From: a virus
Virus record (IMG/VR): IMGVR_UViG_3300012664_000082
Strand: one strand, 5' to 3'
DNA length: 34,954 bases
In this document: one piece after another, positions 21,722-31,434 of the stretch
Numbering within the stretch: the first letter of the stretch is position 1
Layout: every line of letters begins with the position of its first letter
The notes under the pieces: model-generated
Told to the model about the DNA's origin: nothing
The model's database searches: none
What the model saw: only the letters and a program-made list of their open reading frames with translations
Position numbers and translations under genes: made by a program

Positions 21722-22420
21722 TTAAGCCTTCATGATGTAGCAAAGAGCATAGTAAGGTGGCAAGTTAGCATTAGTGCCACTTGAGCCTGTTGTATTTACT
21801 GTAATACCTGTAGTTGCTGTTGCTGAATTATAAGAGCCATTGTCATTAATTCCACCATTGCCAAAAGCATTTTGAGAGCCAGCACCAGAAGAAGCAGGGA
21901 TGCTATGTAAATGCCCTGAGTCATTTATTGTATGAGTATGGCTTACCACAATAGCATCAGCAGAACCGCCAGTAGCGCCTACTGCATAAGTAGAACCTGC
22001 ACCAACAACAAAGCGATTTCTTAAATCTGGGGTAGAGTTTGAACCATCACACAATAACCATCCACTAGGGATAGCATTAGATGCGCCAGACCAAATAATA
22101 ATCCCACCAGTAGGGAATGGATTAGCCCAAGTTGGAGTAGCACTTGAGCCAGCAGACACCAAAACTTGCCCAGCAGTACCAGCAGAACCATCTAATTTAA
22201 ATGTTCCAGTAATATCAGCAGAGCCAGAAACAGTTAAAGTTCCAGCAACAGTCATGCTGTCGCCAGAAGAACCATTTTGCCATTCTTTCAAGTCTGACAT
22301 AAGCTGACGAATAGCATTATTGATACCGCTAGGCGCACAGCCTTCAGCAATATTAATACTGTTAATGTCAGTATTGTTAGATGGGTCTACATCAAATTCA
22401 CTAATCTTTGTCTTTGCCAT
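21722..22420 (-). CDS. tail fibre protein with phage tail-collar domain
   Basis: 232 aa. N-terminus KISEFDVDPSNNTDINSINIAEGCAPSGINNAIRQLMSDLKEW is common to phage fibres. The collar motif IIIWSGASNAIPSGWLLCDGSNSTPDLRNRFVVGAG is present. Confidence 0.8.
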   Translation of the reverse strand: MAKTKISEFDVDPSNNTDINSINIAEGCAPSGINNAIRQLMSDLKEWQNGSSGDSMTVAGTLTVSGSADITGTFKLDGSAGTAGQVLVSAGSSATPTWANPFPTGGIIIWSGASNAIPSGWLLCDGSNSTPDLRNRFVVGAGSTYAVGATGGSADAIVVSHTHTINDSGHLHSIPASSGAGSQNAFGNGGINDNGSYNSATATTGITVNTTGSSGTNANLPPYYALCYIMKA

Positions 22421-22421
22421 A

Positions 22422-24518
22422 TCAATCTTTCAGTTCAATTAATCCATAGTTTGTAAGTAACTGTGACCATGCAGCCCAAGTCTTAGCTGAAGTTGGTGAC
22501 ATCTGTCTTAACTCTTTTAACTGTTGCATACCCTGTGGACTTGTAATGATGTCTGCTAACTTGTCTGCATTTTTAGCAAAAGCTCTCTCTGAAGCCCACT
22601 CATTAATTCTTCTACCCCAGTCCTGTGGAGATATGCCAGTACCAACAATTCTTGCTGCAATACCTGTTGGATCTAGCTCTGCATCTCTTTGCATTTCTTT
22701 TAAGATTTGCTGATTAAATGCTGTATCAGAGCCTAACTTCTTAACACTACCAGCAGACTTTAGGACAGAAGATAAGTCTCTCAAAGCCATAAAAGCATCA
22801 TCACCAAGAGCAGCTCTCAATGATTCTTGTTGCTTTTTGCTACCCAATAAAAGGTTCTGCCACTCAGCGCCAGTATCTAGCTTCACACCCTTTTGTGCTT
22901 TAGATGGAGTAAGGGCTTTCTCCCAAACATCTTGCATATAGGCTCTAGTAACAGCTTGCCATGCCTCTGGATTTGTAGCCTCAATTTGCTCTCTAACATA
23001 TTTAATTGTTTGTGGATCATTGCCACTAAACACTCTAGATGCAAACTGATTAAGATTGTCAGCACCAATCTGCGTAAGACTTGTGCCTGTTTTTCTTTGA
23101 CTAAATTCTTCTATTGGCTTAGATGCTTCAGCAAATGCCTTGTTAGCTTCTAGATACTTAGGATTATTAACACCCATTTGATCTACAAGACTATTTTGAA
23201 TATTAGTTAGCTTTCTTTGAATATTTTTATCTAATGAAGTAAAAGTATCATCAGTTTTAAATAAAGCATCTATTTCAAACTTAGCATTTTGTAGATTTTC
23301 TAATCTATCTTCTAAAACACCATTTTTGATTGTTTCAATTCTGCTAGTAATTTCAGCATCATTTAATCCAGATTCTTTTAGTGTCTTGCTTAAGTCTTTT
23401 ACTTCAGCAGTAGATAAATCTTGTGGCTGAACCTTGTAAAGATAGCTTCTCATTTTTGACAAGACTTTTGCTTGGCTACCAGTAGAAGGAACAGACTTTA
23501 ATTGACTATTGATTGTATTAACAACACCTTTAACATCTACAGGCTGCGCCTCTAAAAATGAAGCATCATATAAAGGTTTTGTAGCTGATTCTCTAGCTTC
23601 TTCTAATTGAGTTTTTCTAGCATTAAGTGCCTCAAGACCCATCTTACCAGCTTGAGTTTGTTCACTAACTCCAGAAATGTCAGACAAGAATTTATTTACA
23701 GCAGGTTGAATCTGCTCTGTCTCTCTGAACTCATAGAACTGTTGCATCTTCTTAGAGCTGTCAGGAATATTGCCTAATACCTTTTGCTGAGACATCAAGC
23801 TATTTAACTGAGTTACTTCAGCAGGAGTCAAGCTGATATTAAGGTTTCTTGCTCTAGACTGTAGCTCTTTCATTGCTTGAGCATCTAAGCCAGCAATATC
23901 TCTAACAGTCTTTCTTTCTCTAAATGCCTTAACACCAAATGGCACAGCTTCAGCTATACCAGCAGTACCAGCAGAAATACCAACTTGTAGTGGATCTACA
24001 GGAGTTCCTGTAAGTTGCTGACCAACTAATTGTCTTAAATAGTTAGCTCCACCAGCTACACCCATAGTTGCAGGAATAGCAGCAGCAGGGCTTAAAGGTG
24101 CAGTCGCAACACCAGTAACAACTTCTGGCACAGCTTCCAAGACATCAGGAGCATAGTAACCAGCAGTCTCTAGAGGAGTAACAATCTCTTTGTAGAACTT
24201 GCCATCATCAGCCTGATAAGCAATATTGCCATCAATAACTCTGTAGCGACTAGTAGGGATTCCTCGCTTTTCAGCAAAGTATTTAATAGCAGATTGTTTA
24301 TCTGTAGGAATACCGCCCATAAAAGCAGTAGCAGCACCAGCACTCATTCTTGGATCTGCAATAGCTGTAGGAGCTGAAATAGATGGGAACTGACCAGACC
24401 CTACTCTAGGGCTAATAGATAAGAACTCATCAGTAACAGAGCCTCTGTATGTTTCCTGTGGAGCAGGTGCAGTAGGCTTATATGAGCTACCACCTAACAA
24501 ATCATCAGTTACACTCAT
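22422..24518 (-). CDS. large virion protein (putative internal/ejection protein)
   Basis: 698 aa, largely helical, with no enzymatic motif recognised. Assigned on its position within the tail/internal-protein block. Confidence 0.4.
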   Translation of the reverse strand: MSVTDDLLGGSSYKPTAPAPQETYRGSVTDEFLSISPRVGSGQFPSISAPTAIADPRMSAGAATAFMGGIPTDKQSAIKYFAEKRGIPTSRYRVIDGNIAYQADDGKFYKEIVTPLETAGYYAPDVLEAVPEVVTGVATAPLSPAAAIPATMGVAGGANYLRQLVGQQLTGTPVDPLQVGISAGTAGIAEAVPFGVKAFRERKTVRDIAGLDAQAMKELQSRARNLNISLTPAEVTQLNSLMSQQKVLGNIPDSSKKMQQFYEFRETEQIQPAVNKFLSDISGVSEQTQAGKMGLEALNARKTQLEEARESATKPLYDASFLEAQPVDVKGVVNTINSQLKSVPSTGSQAKVLSKMRSYLYKVQPQDLSTAEVKDLSKTLKESGLNDAEITSRIETIKNGVLEDRLENLQNAKFEIDALFKTDDTFTSLDKNIQRKLTNIQNSLVDQMGVNNPKYLEANKAFAEASKPIEEFSQRKTGTSLTQIGADNLNQFASRVFSGNDPQTIKYVREQIEATNPEAWQAVTRAYMQDVWEKALTPSKAQKGVKLDTGAEWQNLLLGSKKQQESLRAALGDDAFMALRDLSSVLKSAGSVKKLGSDTAFNQQILKEMQRDAELDPTGIAARIVGTGISPQDWGRRINEWASERAFAKNADKLADIITSPQGMQQLKELRQMSPTSAKTWAAWSQLLTNYGLIELKD

Positions 24519-24526
24519 ATTTATCC

Positions 24527-25861
24527 TTAATATAAAAGACCAAATTCTTCAGCTAATCTTGCTCTAATTGCTTCTCTATCTGCTGGTTTATTTGGATCTA
24601 ATTTCAACTCTTGAACAATTTTAGCTTCTCTAGCTCTCATAATTGCTGGCATACTTCCTACAGGAACTGACTCAAATTTTAAGCCATTTTTCTTGACATA
24701 AGCATATCGAGCTTCAATTAATTTACCTTCTCTCAAGACATTGTCTGTCTTTGACATGAACTCTGTGAATGAGTCTTTCTGTGGATCAGGCATTGCAGAT
24801 CTCAAACGCTTTTCTTCGTCACCAGCACCCATAGCAGCACCAGTAATCTTGTTAATATAAGCATTAAGGCTATTCATACCAGTTTGTGTAAATGCTGTGT
24901 AGTCAGAAAGATTTTTTCTTTCAACTTCATTTAATGGTTGATTTAGCTTCTCTTTCTGTTTAGCTACTTCCATTGTCAATTGGAATGGTCTAGTAAAGAA
25001 CTCTGGTCTTGCCATTTCTTTAGCTTGTTGGAATCTGATTCTCTCTGTGCCAGAAGTAATTAACTCCTTATCAAGCATATTAGAACCTTCTTTGCCAACT
25101 CCCATGCCACTAATACCACCAGTAAGAGCTTGACCTTTATTAATTTGAGTAATAATTTGCTCTGAAGCACCTCTTGGTAACTTAGAAACTACATCAGTAC
25201 CATATATCAACTTAGCATAATTACCAAACTCACCAGTTAGCTTTCCAGTATTATCAATTGCTTGAGTCAATCCTTTCATAGGATCTTTGATATAAACAGA
25301 GTCACCAACAGTTAAATACTCTGGAGCATATTTCTTAGCTTCATCAGCATAGCCAGCAGCATACAAATCTCTCATTAACTTGCTCTGGTCGAACACCTGA
25401 GATACTGATGGAGCTACTTCTCTGCCTGTGCCTTGAACAGCAAAGTTACCAGATCTAGACAATGACTCTAAACCTGTATCACCTAATGCTAGGTTCTCTC
25501 TCATCATCTGCTCGACATATGGTGTCTCAGATGTCATCTGTGGAGCTACTGTAGCTACAGGAGTAAATGCTTGTTGCTTGATTCTTTGGATATTAGCTTC
25601 TTGCTTTTGCTTGTCTAGCATCTGCTTAACTTGCGCACCTTTGAGCATATCTTGCAATGCTCGATCCATCTGACCTTGATAACCTTGGTTAAATGCAGCT
25701 AAACCTTGTGATAAGCCACTACCTTGTGGCATTAATGATGGCGCACCAGCCTGTGATAAGGCTTGACCAAGACCAAGTAACCCCTGAGAGATGCCCTGAT
25801 AGCGAATATCAGACATCTGCTCTGGAGTAAATAAACTGTCGTAATAATTAGGTATTGCCAT
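24527..25861 (-). CDS. virion protein (putative internal/ejection protein)
   Basis: 444 aa. Gly/Gln/Leu-rich N-terminus (GISQGLLGLGQALSQAGAPSLMPQGSGLSQGLAAFNQGYQGQ). Assigned on position only. Confidence 0.4.
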   Translation of the reverse strand: MAIPNYYDSLFTPEQMSDIRYQGISQGLLGLGQALSQAGAPSLMPQGSGLSQGLAAFNQGYQGQMDRALQDMLKGAQVKQMLDKQKQEANIQRIKQQAFTPVATVAPQMTSETPYVEQMMRENLALGDTGLESLSRSGNFAVQGTGREVAPSVSQVFDQSKLMRDLYAAGYADEAKKYAPEYLTVGDSVYIKDPMKGLTQAIDNTGKLTGEFGNYAKLIYGTDVVSKLPRGASEQIITQINKGQALTGGISGMGVGKEGSNMLDKELITSGTERIRFQQAKEMARPEFFTRPFQLTMEVAKQKEKLNQPLNEVERKNLSDYTAFTQTGMNSLNAYINKITGAAMGAGDEEKRLRSAMPDPQKDSFTEFMSKTDNVLREGKLIEARYAYVKKNGLKFESVPVGSMPAIMRAREAKIVQELKLDPNKPADREAIRARLAEEFGLLY

Positions 25862-25868
25862 ATTTGCC

Positions 25869-26504
25869 TCAGATAAGTGTTGGTCTATATGCTTTAAGAG
25901 CTACTGATGGGTCTAATAAGCTAGATAAAATAGCCTGTGGAATTGCCTGACCTTTTTTTATTCCACCGATTTGATTATCTTGGTTAGAGTCATTTAGCTG
26001 TGCAAGCTGTTGAGCTGCCTGTTGTTGAGCAGACTTACCAAAGTCAGGAATTGACCTGTTAGCCATTTTTTCTTGCAACAACGACATATCACCCATACCT
26101 TGAATAGATGAAATTTGGCTTGGAGACATACCTGCAGGTTCAAAGATATTACCGCTAGAAGTAGGATACATCTCTACAGCTCTACTGTAGTCAGTAGGGT
26201 TTAGTGGAGCTAGTTCTGAACTACCGCCAAATAAGCTAGACAAGAAATTTGAGCCACCGCCTGTAGCTCCAGCAGTCTCAGGACTGAATACAGTCATCTC
26301 TCCACTAGGAAGAAACTCAAAACCAGTAGCTCCTGCACCACTAGCTGAACCACCTGCACCAAATCCGCCATTCATTCCATAGCCAGCACCACCAGCTAAA
26401 GCAGCTACTGTGTACCAACCCCCAGGAATTTCCTCATTGACGAAATCATCAGTCTGAGAAAGTAAGCGCCTTGTTTCTTCGTCTAATTTATTAAAGAATC
26501 CCAT
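25869..26504 (-). CDS. Gly-rich virion protein (putative internal protein)
   Basis: 211 aa. GGAGYGMNGGFGAGGSASGAGATGFEF low-complexity core. Assigned on position only. Confidence 0.4.
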   Translation of the reverse strand: MGFFNKLDEETRRLLSQTDDFVNEEIPGGWYTVAALAGGAGYGMNGGFGAGGSASGAGATGFEFLPSGEMTVFSPETAGATGGGSNFLSSLFGGSSELAPLNPTDYSRAVEMYPTSSGNIFEPAGMSPSQISSIQGMGDMSLLQEKMANRSIPDFGKSAQQQAAQQLAQLNDSNQDNQIGGIKKGQAIPQAILSSLLDPSVALKAYRPTLI

Positions 26505-26512
26505 GACAGTCC

Positions 26513-27589
26513 TTAGTTAATTAAGCTGTAGTCAATATGCTTGTATCCATCAGTATCAACTGATACAGCTTCTGGGATAACCTTCTCAACTTCATGCGCC
26601 ATAACACCAATAAACTTGCCATGACCTGCAGATGGATGGTCTTTAAACTCTTTCTTGTATTCATACTCATACACACCAAGACCATTAGCCATTGAGCCAA
26701 CTTGCTTAATATTTTCTTTTGTGCGAATGTCTGAAAATGGTTTCCAGCCCAATGAGCCAGCAGCACCAGCAAGAGATAACAAATTACCCAATCCTTGTTG
26801 AGATGGGTTCTCATAGATAGGTCTTTGTTGAGTAGATGTAGAACCAGATGGAGCGCCATATACACCAGTTAAGAATGTTGATAAGCGACTCTCTGGCATC
26901 TGATACTGATAGCGAGCTAATTGATCTGCAATCTGAGCTTGCGTGTAACCTTCTCTTGCCAAACCAGCAGATAACAACTTAGATAAGTCATTGTAATCAG
27001 CAGTAGCCATCTCAGGAGCAGCCATAGTAGCAGCTTGCTGTCTTTGTCTTTCATCAGCATAATTCTGATAAGCCAATTTGCCACCAATATCAGCTAATGC
27101 TGTTGATAATCCTGTAGCAGCTCTGTTTTCTAAATTTGTTTGTGCGCCTGAACCATAGCGACCAGCAGATGATAATTTTGAGCGAATATCCATAATATTC
27201 TGACCAAATTGTTGCTCAATAGGTCTTGATGCAGCTTGGAAAGCGCCTTGGAAAAATGGATTCCCAGATAAGTAGTCACCAGAAATAGTGCTTTGCAATT
27301 GATTTTGAGCAGCTCTGGTTAATGGGCTACCAGCCATAGCTCTTTGTTCAATACCACCTAGAGCAGATAGTGTCTGTTGTGATGGATCAACATAAGTTTG
27401 AAATGGAGCATATGGAGTAGGGCTTTGATAGAGTCGCTTTGCTTCTTGTAGACCAAAATCAACATATGGTCTTAGCATAGGATCAATTTGGTTTTGACTT
27501 GTAACAGTCTGCATCCCAGTTTGCTGAGAGCCACCACCACCAAAAAGACCACCTACAGCCTTACCAATTCCACTAACGACTCCGCCCAT
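26513..27589 (-). CDS. protein with C-terminal S74-type intramolecular chaperone autoprocessing domain
   Basis: 358 aa. The C-terminus PFSDIRTKENIKQVGSMANGLGVYEYEYKKEF...IGVMAHEVEKVIPEAV carries the SD-x-R-x-KxNI hallmark. The N-terminal part is Gly/Gln-rich rather than obviously fibrous. Confidence 0.7.
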   Translation of the reverse strand: MGGVVSGIGKAVGGLFGGGGSQQTGMQTVTSQNQIDPMLRPYVDFGLQEAKRLYQSPTPYAPFQTYVDPSQQTLSALGGIEQRAMAGSPLTRAAQNQLQSTISGDYLSGNPFFQGAFQAASRPIEQQFGQNIMDIRSKLSSAGRYGSGAQTNLENRAATGLSTALADIGGKLAYQNYADERQRQQAATMAAPEMATADYNDLSKLLSAGLAREGYTQAQIADQLARYQYQMPESRLSTFLTGVYGAPSGSTSTQQRPIYENPSQQGLGNLLSLAGAAGSLGWKPFSDIRTKENIKQVGSMANGLGVYEYEYKKEFKDHPSAGHGKFIGVMAHEVEKVIPEAVSVDTDGYKHIDYSLIN

Positions 27590-27982
27590 TTAAATCTCCT
27601 TTATCCATTTTCTAGGGGTAAACCCTAACTTTCTAGCTGTTTTGCTCCATCCTTTTCTATAAGAATCAAAGGTTATGAAGCTGTCACCACCATTTTTTGC
27701 AAGCTCTTGGATATGATTCCATGCTTCTAAGAAAGGGTAGTTGTTTATAAAATAAAGACACCAAATATGCAGAGTGCCTTGATTTGGTTGCAGAACCGAG
27801 AATCCTACTAATCGGTTGTCCTGCTTGTAGATCCACAACATTGCCTGTTGATTCAGGCAGAGAGCATAGACATCTTCTGGTATCCAAGACTCAGGAGTTT
27901 TCTCTAGAATCTTTAGAAGCCCACCTTTGACGAAACCCCAATATTTCTTGATTTCTTCAGGATGAATATATATATGCTCCAT
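27590..27982 (-). CDS. hypothetical protein in the structural block (weakly GNAT-like topology)
   Basis: ATG at 27982 (the track start at 27991 is a TTG). ...NRLVGFSVLQPNQGTLHIWCLYF... No acetyl-CoA motif A was seen, so the enzymatic call is not supported. Confidence 0.4.
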   Translation of the reverse strand: MEHIYIHPEEIKKYWGFVKGGLLKILEKTPESWIPEDVYALCLNQQAMLWIYKQDNRLVGFSVLQPNQGTLHIWCLYFINNYPFLEAWNHIQELAKNGGDSFITFDSYRKGWSKTARKLGFTPRKWIKEI

Positions 27983-28033
27983 ATAGCACAATTTTATCTT
28001 GTTTTGTAGAAAAAGATATACTTTTTTTAAAAT

Positions 28034-28828
28034 TTATCCTACTACAACATAATCAAATGTTTTACCTGAGATTGAGTTAGCAGGATGGCTAATAACTGCA
28101 CTTCCATTACTTACAGAACTAATATAAGGGTTTGTGAATATATTGCTTGTGTAACCATTGCTAGACAAGTAGCTCATGGTTGCTATTACTGATGGTGTTG
28201 ATGGTCTTGTAGGGCTTGTTTGAGTTGGTAAATGCTCAATTGTTACTGAAGTACTTGTTGTAGCCCACATAATTTCTATATAGTCATTTTTAGCTAATGC
28301 AACAAAAAAGTTTAATGCTGCAATCAAATGACCATTAACCCTACCATGACTATTTGGCACAGAAAATTTACTATTAGAACCTGCTATATCAGTTCCATTT
28401 TTTCTAAACCAAACATCTACATCTTGAATCTGTGAATCTGAATTTGCAAACTGTAGTGAAAACTGCAAATTATATAAACCTGAGTAACCTGCATTTAATC
28501 TACTATCGTTACTTAAAGTCACCCCTTCAGCATAATCTGTAGTGTTGTATTTAACTGCATAAGCTGTTGTAGTGCTTGCTGCACTTTGGTCTGTAGTATC
28601 TTGAAATGCTCCATATGGAAAATAAGCACTCGCAGAAGTATCATCTGTAGGGCTTAATAAAATGACAGATCCAGCACCAATTCGAGCATCAGTAATGGTA
28701 GTGGTTGAAGCTCCACCTGTAGCCAAGGTGACAGTACCAGTATTATTGGTCTTGCCATCCATAATATTATTGACAATCTCAGCGACTGCTCGCTGGTCAC
28801 CGCCTTGTGGTGGTAATCGTCTAAACAT
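28034..28828 (-). CDS. receptor-binding-type virion protein with C1q/TNF-like C-terminal domain (putative)
   Basis: 264 aa. The N-terminus LPPQGGDQRAVAEIVNNIMDGKTNNTGTVTLATGGASTTTITDARIG is shared by many podophage virion proteins. The C-terminus YSGLYNLQFSLQFANSDSQIQDVDVWFRKNGTDIAGS...NDYIEIMW looks like a BclA/C1q-type jelly roll. Confidence 0.45.
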   Translation of the reverse strand: MFRRLPPQGGDQRAVAEIVNNIMDGKTNNTGTVTLATGGASTTTITDARIGAGSVILLSPTDDTSASAYFPYGAFQDTTDQSAASTTTAYAVKYNTTDYAEGVTLSNDSRLNAGYSGLYNLQFSLQFANSDSQIQDVDVWFRKNGTDIAGSNSKFSVPNSHGRVNGHLIAALNFFVALAKNDYIEIMWATTSTSVTIEHLPTQTSPTRPSTPSVIATMSYLSSNGYTSNIFTNPYISSVSNGSAVISHPANSISGKTFDYVVVG

Positions 28829-30249
28829 TATCGACCACCTGTAGGAACAATAGTGACATCAACACCTATTGCTGATTTCCAGTTCGCACCGCTAGGGTAA
28901 ACCCTTACTCTGTGATAGTTACCGCTAGATCTCAAAGATACCCTATTCTCTGAGTCGGCATTAGTAGCAGTTCCAAAGGTAGGCACAGCAGTCAATAGGT
29001 TTCTAGAATAAACAGCCACACTAGAGCTACCATTATCAATCTTGGGCTTGGCTAGGGTAACAATAGACTGGCTACCATTGCCAATGTCGCTAGAAGTGAT
29101 ATAGCCTTCTTTTGGCTGACCTGTAAAGGTAACAATCTTAGCTCCTCTTGTGCCAGCACTAACGAACTTGCCACCAGCCCATATTCGACTATCAAAGGAA
29201 GTATTAATAGTATCCATATTTCCATAAGTATCTAGTGCTTCTAGAGTAACGCCAGCAGTAGCAATAGGTGCTAGGTAGTTAGTATCGGTTTCACCTTCAG
29301 ACCACTTTTTAGCTTGCCAGTTGTAAATCATCAATCTCTTGCGAGCAAAGATATCAGTAAACTGCCAAATTACTAGCTTTCTAATAGAGTCTACAGTAGC
29401 AGACATCTCATTCATCTTAGATTGGTCTACATTGTTAAAGAAGAATCTATCGACCTTCTCAGCACCAATAGGAACTACTGTTTGACCATCACAGACATAG
29501 AATCCATCATCAGATAAGAAGAAAGTTAAGTTACCGAACTGAGCAATAGAGTTAGCTTCATAGCATCCGATATTCTTAGCGATAGTGTCAAACTGGAAGA
29601 ACAATGGCGCACCGACATAGCTCATGCGAGAAATTGCTTTTTCTAGCAATACAATGCCAAACTCTCCACCTGTAATTCCTCGGATGTCACCGCCATCAGG
29701 GATAATCTGACTATCTGACTGGCTTAAATCACTAGGAGTCCAGTCTGTCTCATCATTGATGTCTGACCAATAAACAGTAGAAGGCGCACTAGAAGTATTT
29801 GCAGCCACCACAAAATCTCTAACTACTGTTACATATTTAGCTGTAGGAGCAGAAGCATCCAAGTCAGCAAAAGCTGTTGAGCTACCTAAATCCCATGACT
29901 GTAGCTTTGCATTGCCATTAGCAGCAATTAATCTCTGTCCAAACTGTGTAAAGTAGAAGCGATCAGCAGTTGTATAGCCACCGCTTTTAGAGACATCATC
30001 TAAGCTCAAGTCGTTAGAATCTAACTTAAATAGCTTTGTAGTTCCTGCTGCAAATACTGTAGTTGTGCCACCATATTTAGTAGCAAAGACATTAGTTAGT
30101 GTTTCACTAGCAGCAGCAGATAAATCAACAGCACTTGGCAATGGAGCATAGCCAATAGCTTGAGGAATGACATTGTAAGCCTCTTGAATAGCACCAGTTA
30201 TACCTGCTTGGTCTGGCATCCATTCGCCAAATTCTATTGTTGTAGCCAT
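28828..30249 (-). CDS. tail structural protein (possible nozzle/tubular or propeller-like protein)
   Basis: 473 aa and beta-rich. N-terminus IEFGEWMPDQAGITGAIQEAYNVIPQAIGYAPLPS. Assigned on position among the tail genes, with no family motif. Confidence 0.4.
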   Translation of the reverse strand: MATTIEFGEWMPDQAGITGAIQEAYNVIPQAIGYAPLPSAVDLSAAASETLTNVFATKYGGTTTVFAAGTTKLFKLDSNDLSLDDVSKSGGYTTADRFYFTQFGQRLIAANGNAKLQSWDLGSSTAFADLDASAPTAKYVTVVRDFVVAANTSSAPSTVYWSDINDETDWTPSDLSQSDSQIIPDGGDIRGITGGEFGIVLLEKAISRMSYVGAPLFFQFDTIAKNIGCYEANSIAQFGNLTFFLSDDGFYVCDGQTVVPIGAEKVDRFFFNNVDQSKMNEMSATVDSIRKLVIWQFTDIFARKRLMIYNWQAKKWSEGETDTNYLAPIATAGVTLEALDTYGNMDTINTSFDSRIWAGGKFVSAGTRGAKIVTFTGQPKEGYITSSDIGNGSQSIVTLAKPKIDNGSSSVAVYSRNLLTAVPTFGTATNADSENRVSLRSSGNYHRVRVYPSGANWKSAIGVDVTIVPTGGR

Positions 30250-31082
30250 TGATTGTTCCCTGTATTTTTATCTATCCAACTATTGCTAGTAACTGAAGAT
30301 GGAGTCCAAGTATTTGATTCTGCAGATTTATTTGTCCAACTATCTGAACTTACAATTTTATCAGACCATGAATTAGAGTCAGGGGTTACATTAACCCATT
30401 CTTCGCCATAAATATATCCAATTGCTTGTGTTGTAGTTGTTTCTGTAGCAAGCCCATTACCTGCAAAAATAGCACTAGCAGATGATGAAGTTGTTGCACT
30501 AGCATTGATACTAGAGCTAGCAGATCTAATTCTAGTTGCATTAGATACTGTAGTAGCTGTTCCACTAACACTAGCATTAAACAGTCTTATTCTAATAGCA
30601 TCTGCACTAACTGTTGCACTTCCAGTTACAGAAGCCTCAGCATTAGCAATTAAACCGCCTAAACCTGTTGCAGTTGAATTAGTTGTTACTGAACTAGTAG
30701 AAATTATTACCCTAATTGCATTAGCTAATACTGTTGCATTTGCATTAACAGAAGTATTAGCACTAGCCAATAATCCACCAAGACCTGTTGATGTAGCATT
30801 TCCTGTAATGCTAGAATTAGCAAATTGTATTCTTGTTGCTGTAGCATTGACAGTAGCATCTGAGCTTGCAGAAGCTGTAATGAATCTAATTCTTGTTGGT
30901 GTAGCTGATACTGTAGAACTTGCAGAAGCAGATGCTGTAAAACTTAATATTCTTGTAGCTACTGCATTAGTAGTGGCATTGGCTGATATTGATGCACTAG
31001 CTTCTGTAGCTAAAACATCACCTACCGCATAGCCATAATCCCAGTAACCATACAGAACATATTGATCTGTATATTTAGACAT
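30234..31082 (-). CDS. periodic-repeat fibre/decoration-like protein
   Basis: 282 aa. Residues 30-209 are nine uninterrupted 20-aa units (A/S-S-x-x-x-x-A-T-x-x-A-x-x-T/I-R-I-x-x-x-x; two of them are TGLGGL variants). Residues 235-282 have Trp exactly every 10 aa (W239/249/259/269/279). Confidence 0.6.
   Translation of the reverse strand: MSKYTDQYVLYGYWDYGYAVGDVLATEASASISANATTNAVATRILSFTASASASSTVSATPTRIRFITASASSDATVNATATRIQFANSSITGNATSTGLGGLLASANTSVNANATVLANAIRVIISTSSVTTNSTATGLGGLIANAEASVTGSATVSADAIRIRLFNASVSGTATTVSNATRIRSASSSINASATTSSSASAIFAGNGLATETTTTQAIGYIYGEEWVNVTPDSNSWSDKIVSSDSWTNKSAESNTWTPSSVTSNSWIDKNTGNNQWLQQ
30456..30995 (-). repeat. 9 x 60-nt degenerate coding tandem repeat
   Basis: This is the DNA under aa 30-209 of the 282-aa ORF. 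The units stay in register with no indels. Their composition also keeps the antisense frame open. Confidence 0.8.
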
Positions 31083-31425
31083 TTTCTACACTTACCCAAT
31101 TTAACAATGATTCATCCCATCTACATTGACCTTCAGTTGGCATGGGTACTGGAGCTTCCCATAAACAAGTATCTTCATTTAATAACCAGCTTGCAAATGG
31201 TTTTGGTGGAATAAAAGCATCAAGGTTACGATCATAAGAATATCCAATACCAGCATAGTTCTTGCGCAAAGGTGTCCCACCTAAAAGATGAGAACCACCA
31301 AAAGTATTGTAGGAAGTTTGAATCCACTCACCGGGAGAAGAATCTACAAATGTTTGGAAAAACTCTGGCTCTGCAACAATTACTTGTGTAACTACACCAT
31401 TTAATACTTTTGCAAAATTTGCCAT
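31075..31425 (-). CDS. conserved hypothetical protein (fibre-associated?)
   Basis: 116 aa. MANFAKVLNGVVTQVIVAEPEFF...RKNYAGIGYSYDRNLDAFIPPKPFASWLLNEDTCLWEAPVPMP...WDE..L.W is a pattern I recall from marine phages, with no assigned function. Confidence 0.55.
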   Translation of the reverse strand: MANFAKVLNGVVTQVIVAEPEFFQTFVDSSPGEWIQTSYNTFGGSHLLGGTPLRKNYAGIGYSYDRNLDAFIPPKPFASWLLNEDTCLWEAPVPMPTEGQCRWDESLLNWVSVENV

Positions 31426-31434
31426 AACTTACCT

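Noticed and set aside
17489-23153. ORFs 17489..17764 (+), 18590..18799 (+), 20975..21217 (+), 22883..23068 (-) and 22893..23153 (+)
   Set aside because: They are antisense to, or in alternative frames of, the phosphoesterase, endolysin, exported-protein and 698-aa genes.
27992-28033. AAAAAG-tatat-CTTTTT palindrome in the gap after the C1q-like gene, considered as a terminator or promoter
   Set aside because: The hairpin is 6 bp and almost entirely A-T, too weak to call. It sits in the middle of an otherwise coupled structural block.
26521-28844. ORFs 26521..26865 (-), 27684..27887 (-) and 28662..28844 (+)
   Set aside because: They are alternative-frame or antisense shadows of the S74-domain gene, the 27590..27982 gene and the C1q-like gene.
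30386-31032. 175-aa plus-strand ORF 30505..31032 and ORF 30386..30577 (-)
   Set aside because: The long antisense ORF stays open only because the 9 x 60-nt repeat is built from stop-poor GCN/ACN/AGY codons. Its product is a monotonous Leu/Ala/Val string. The sense frame has a proper start, coupling and a repeat register.
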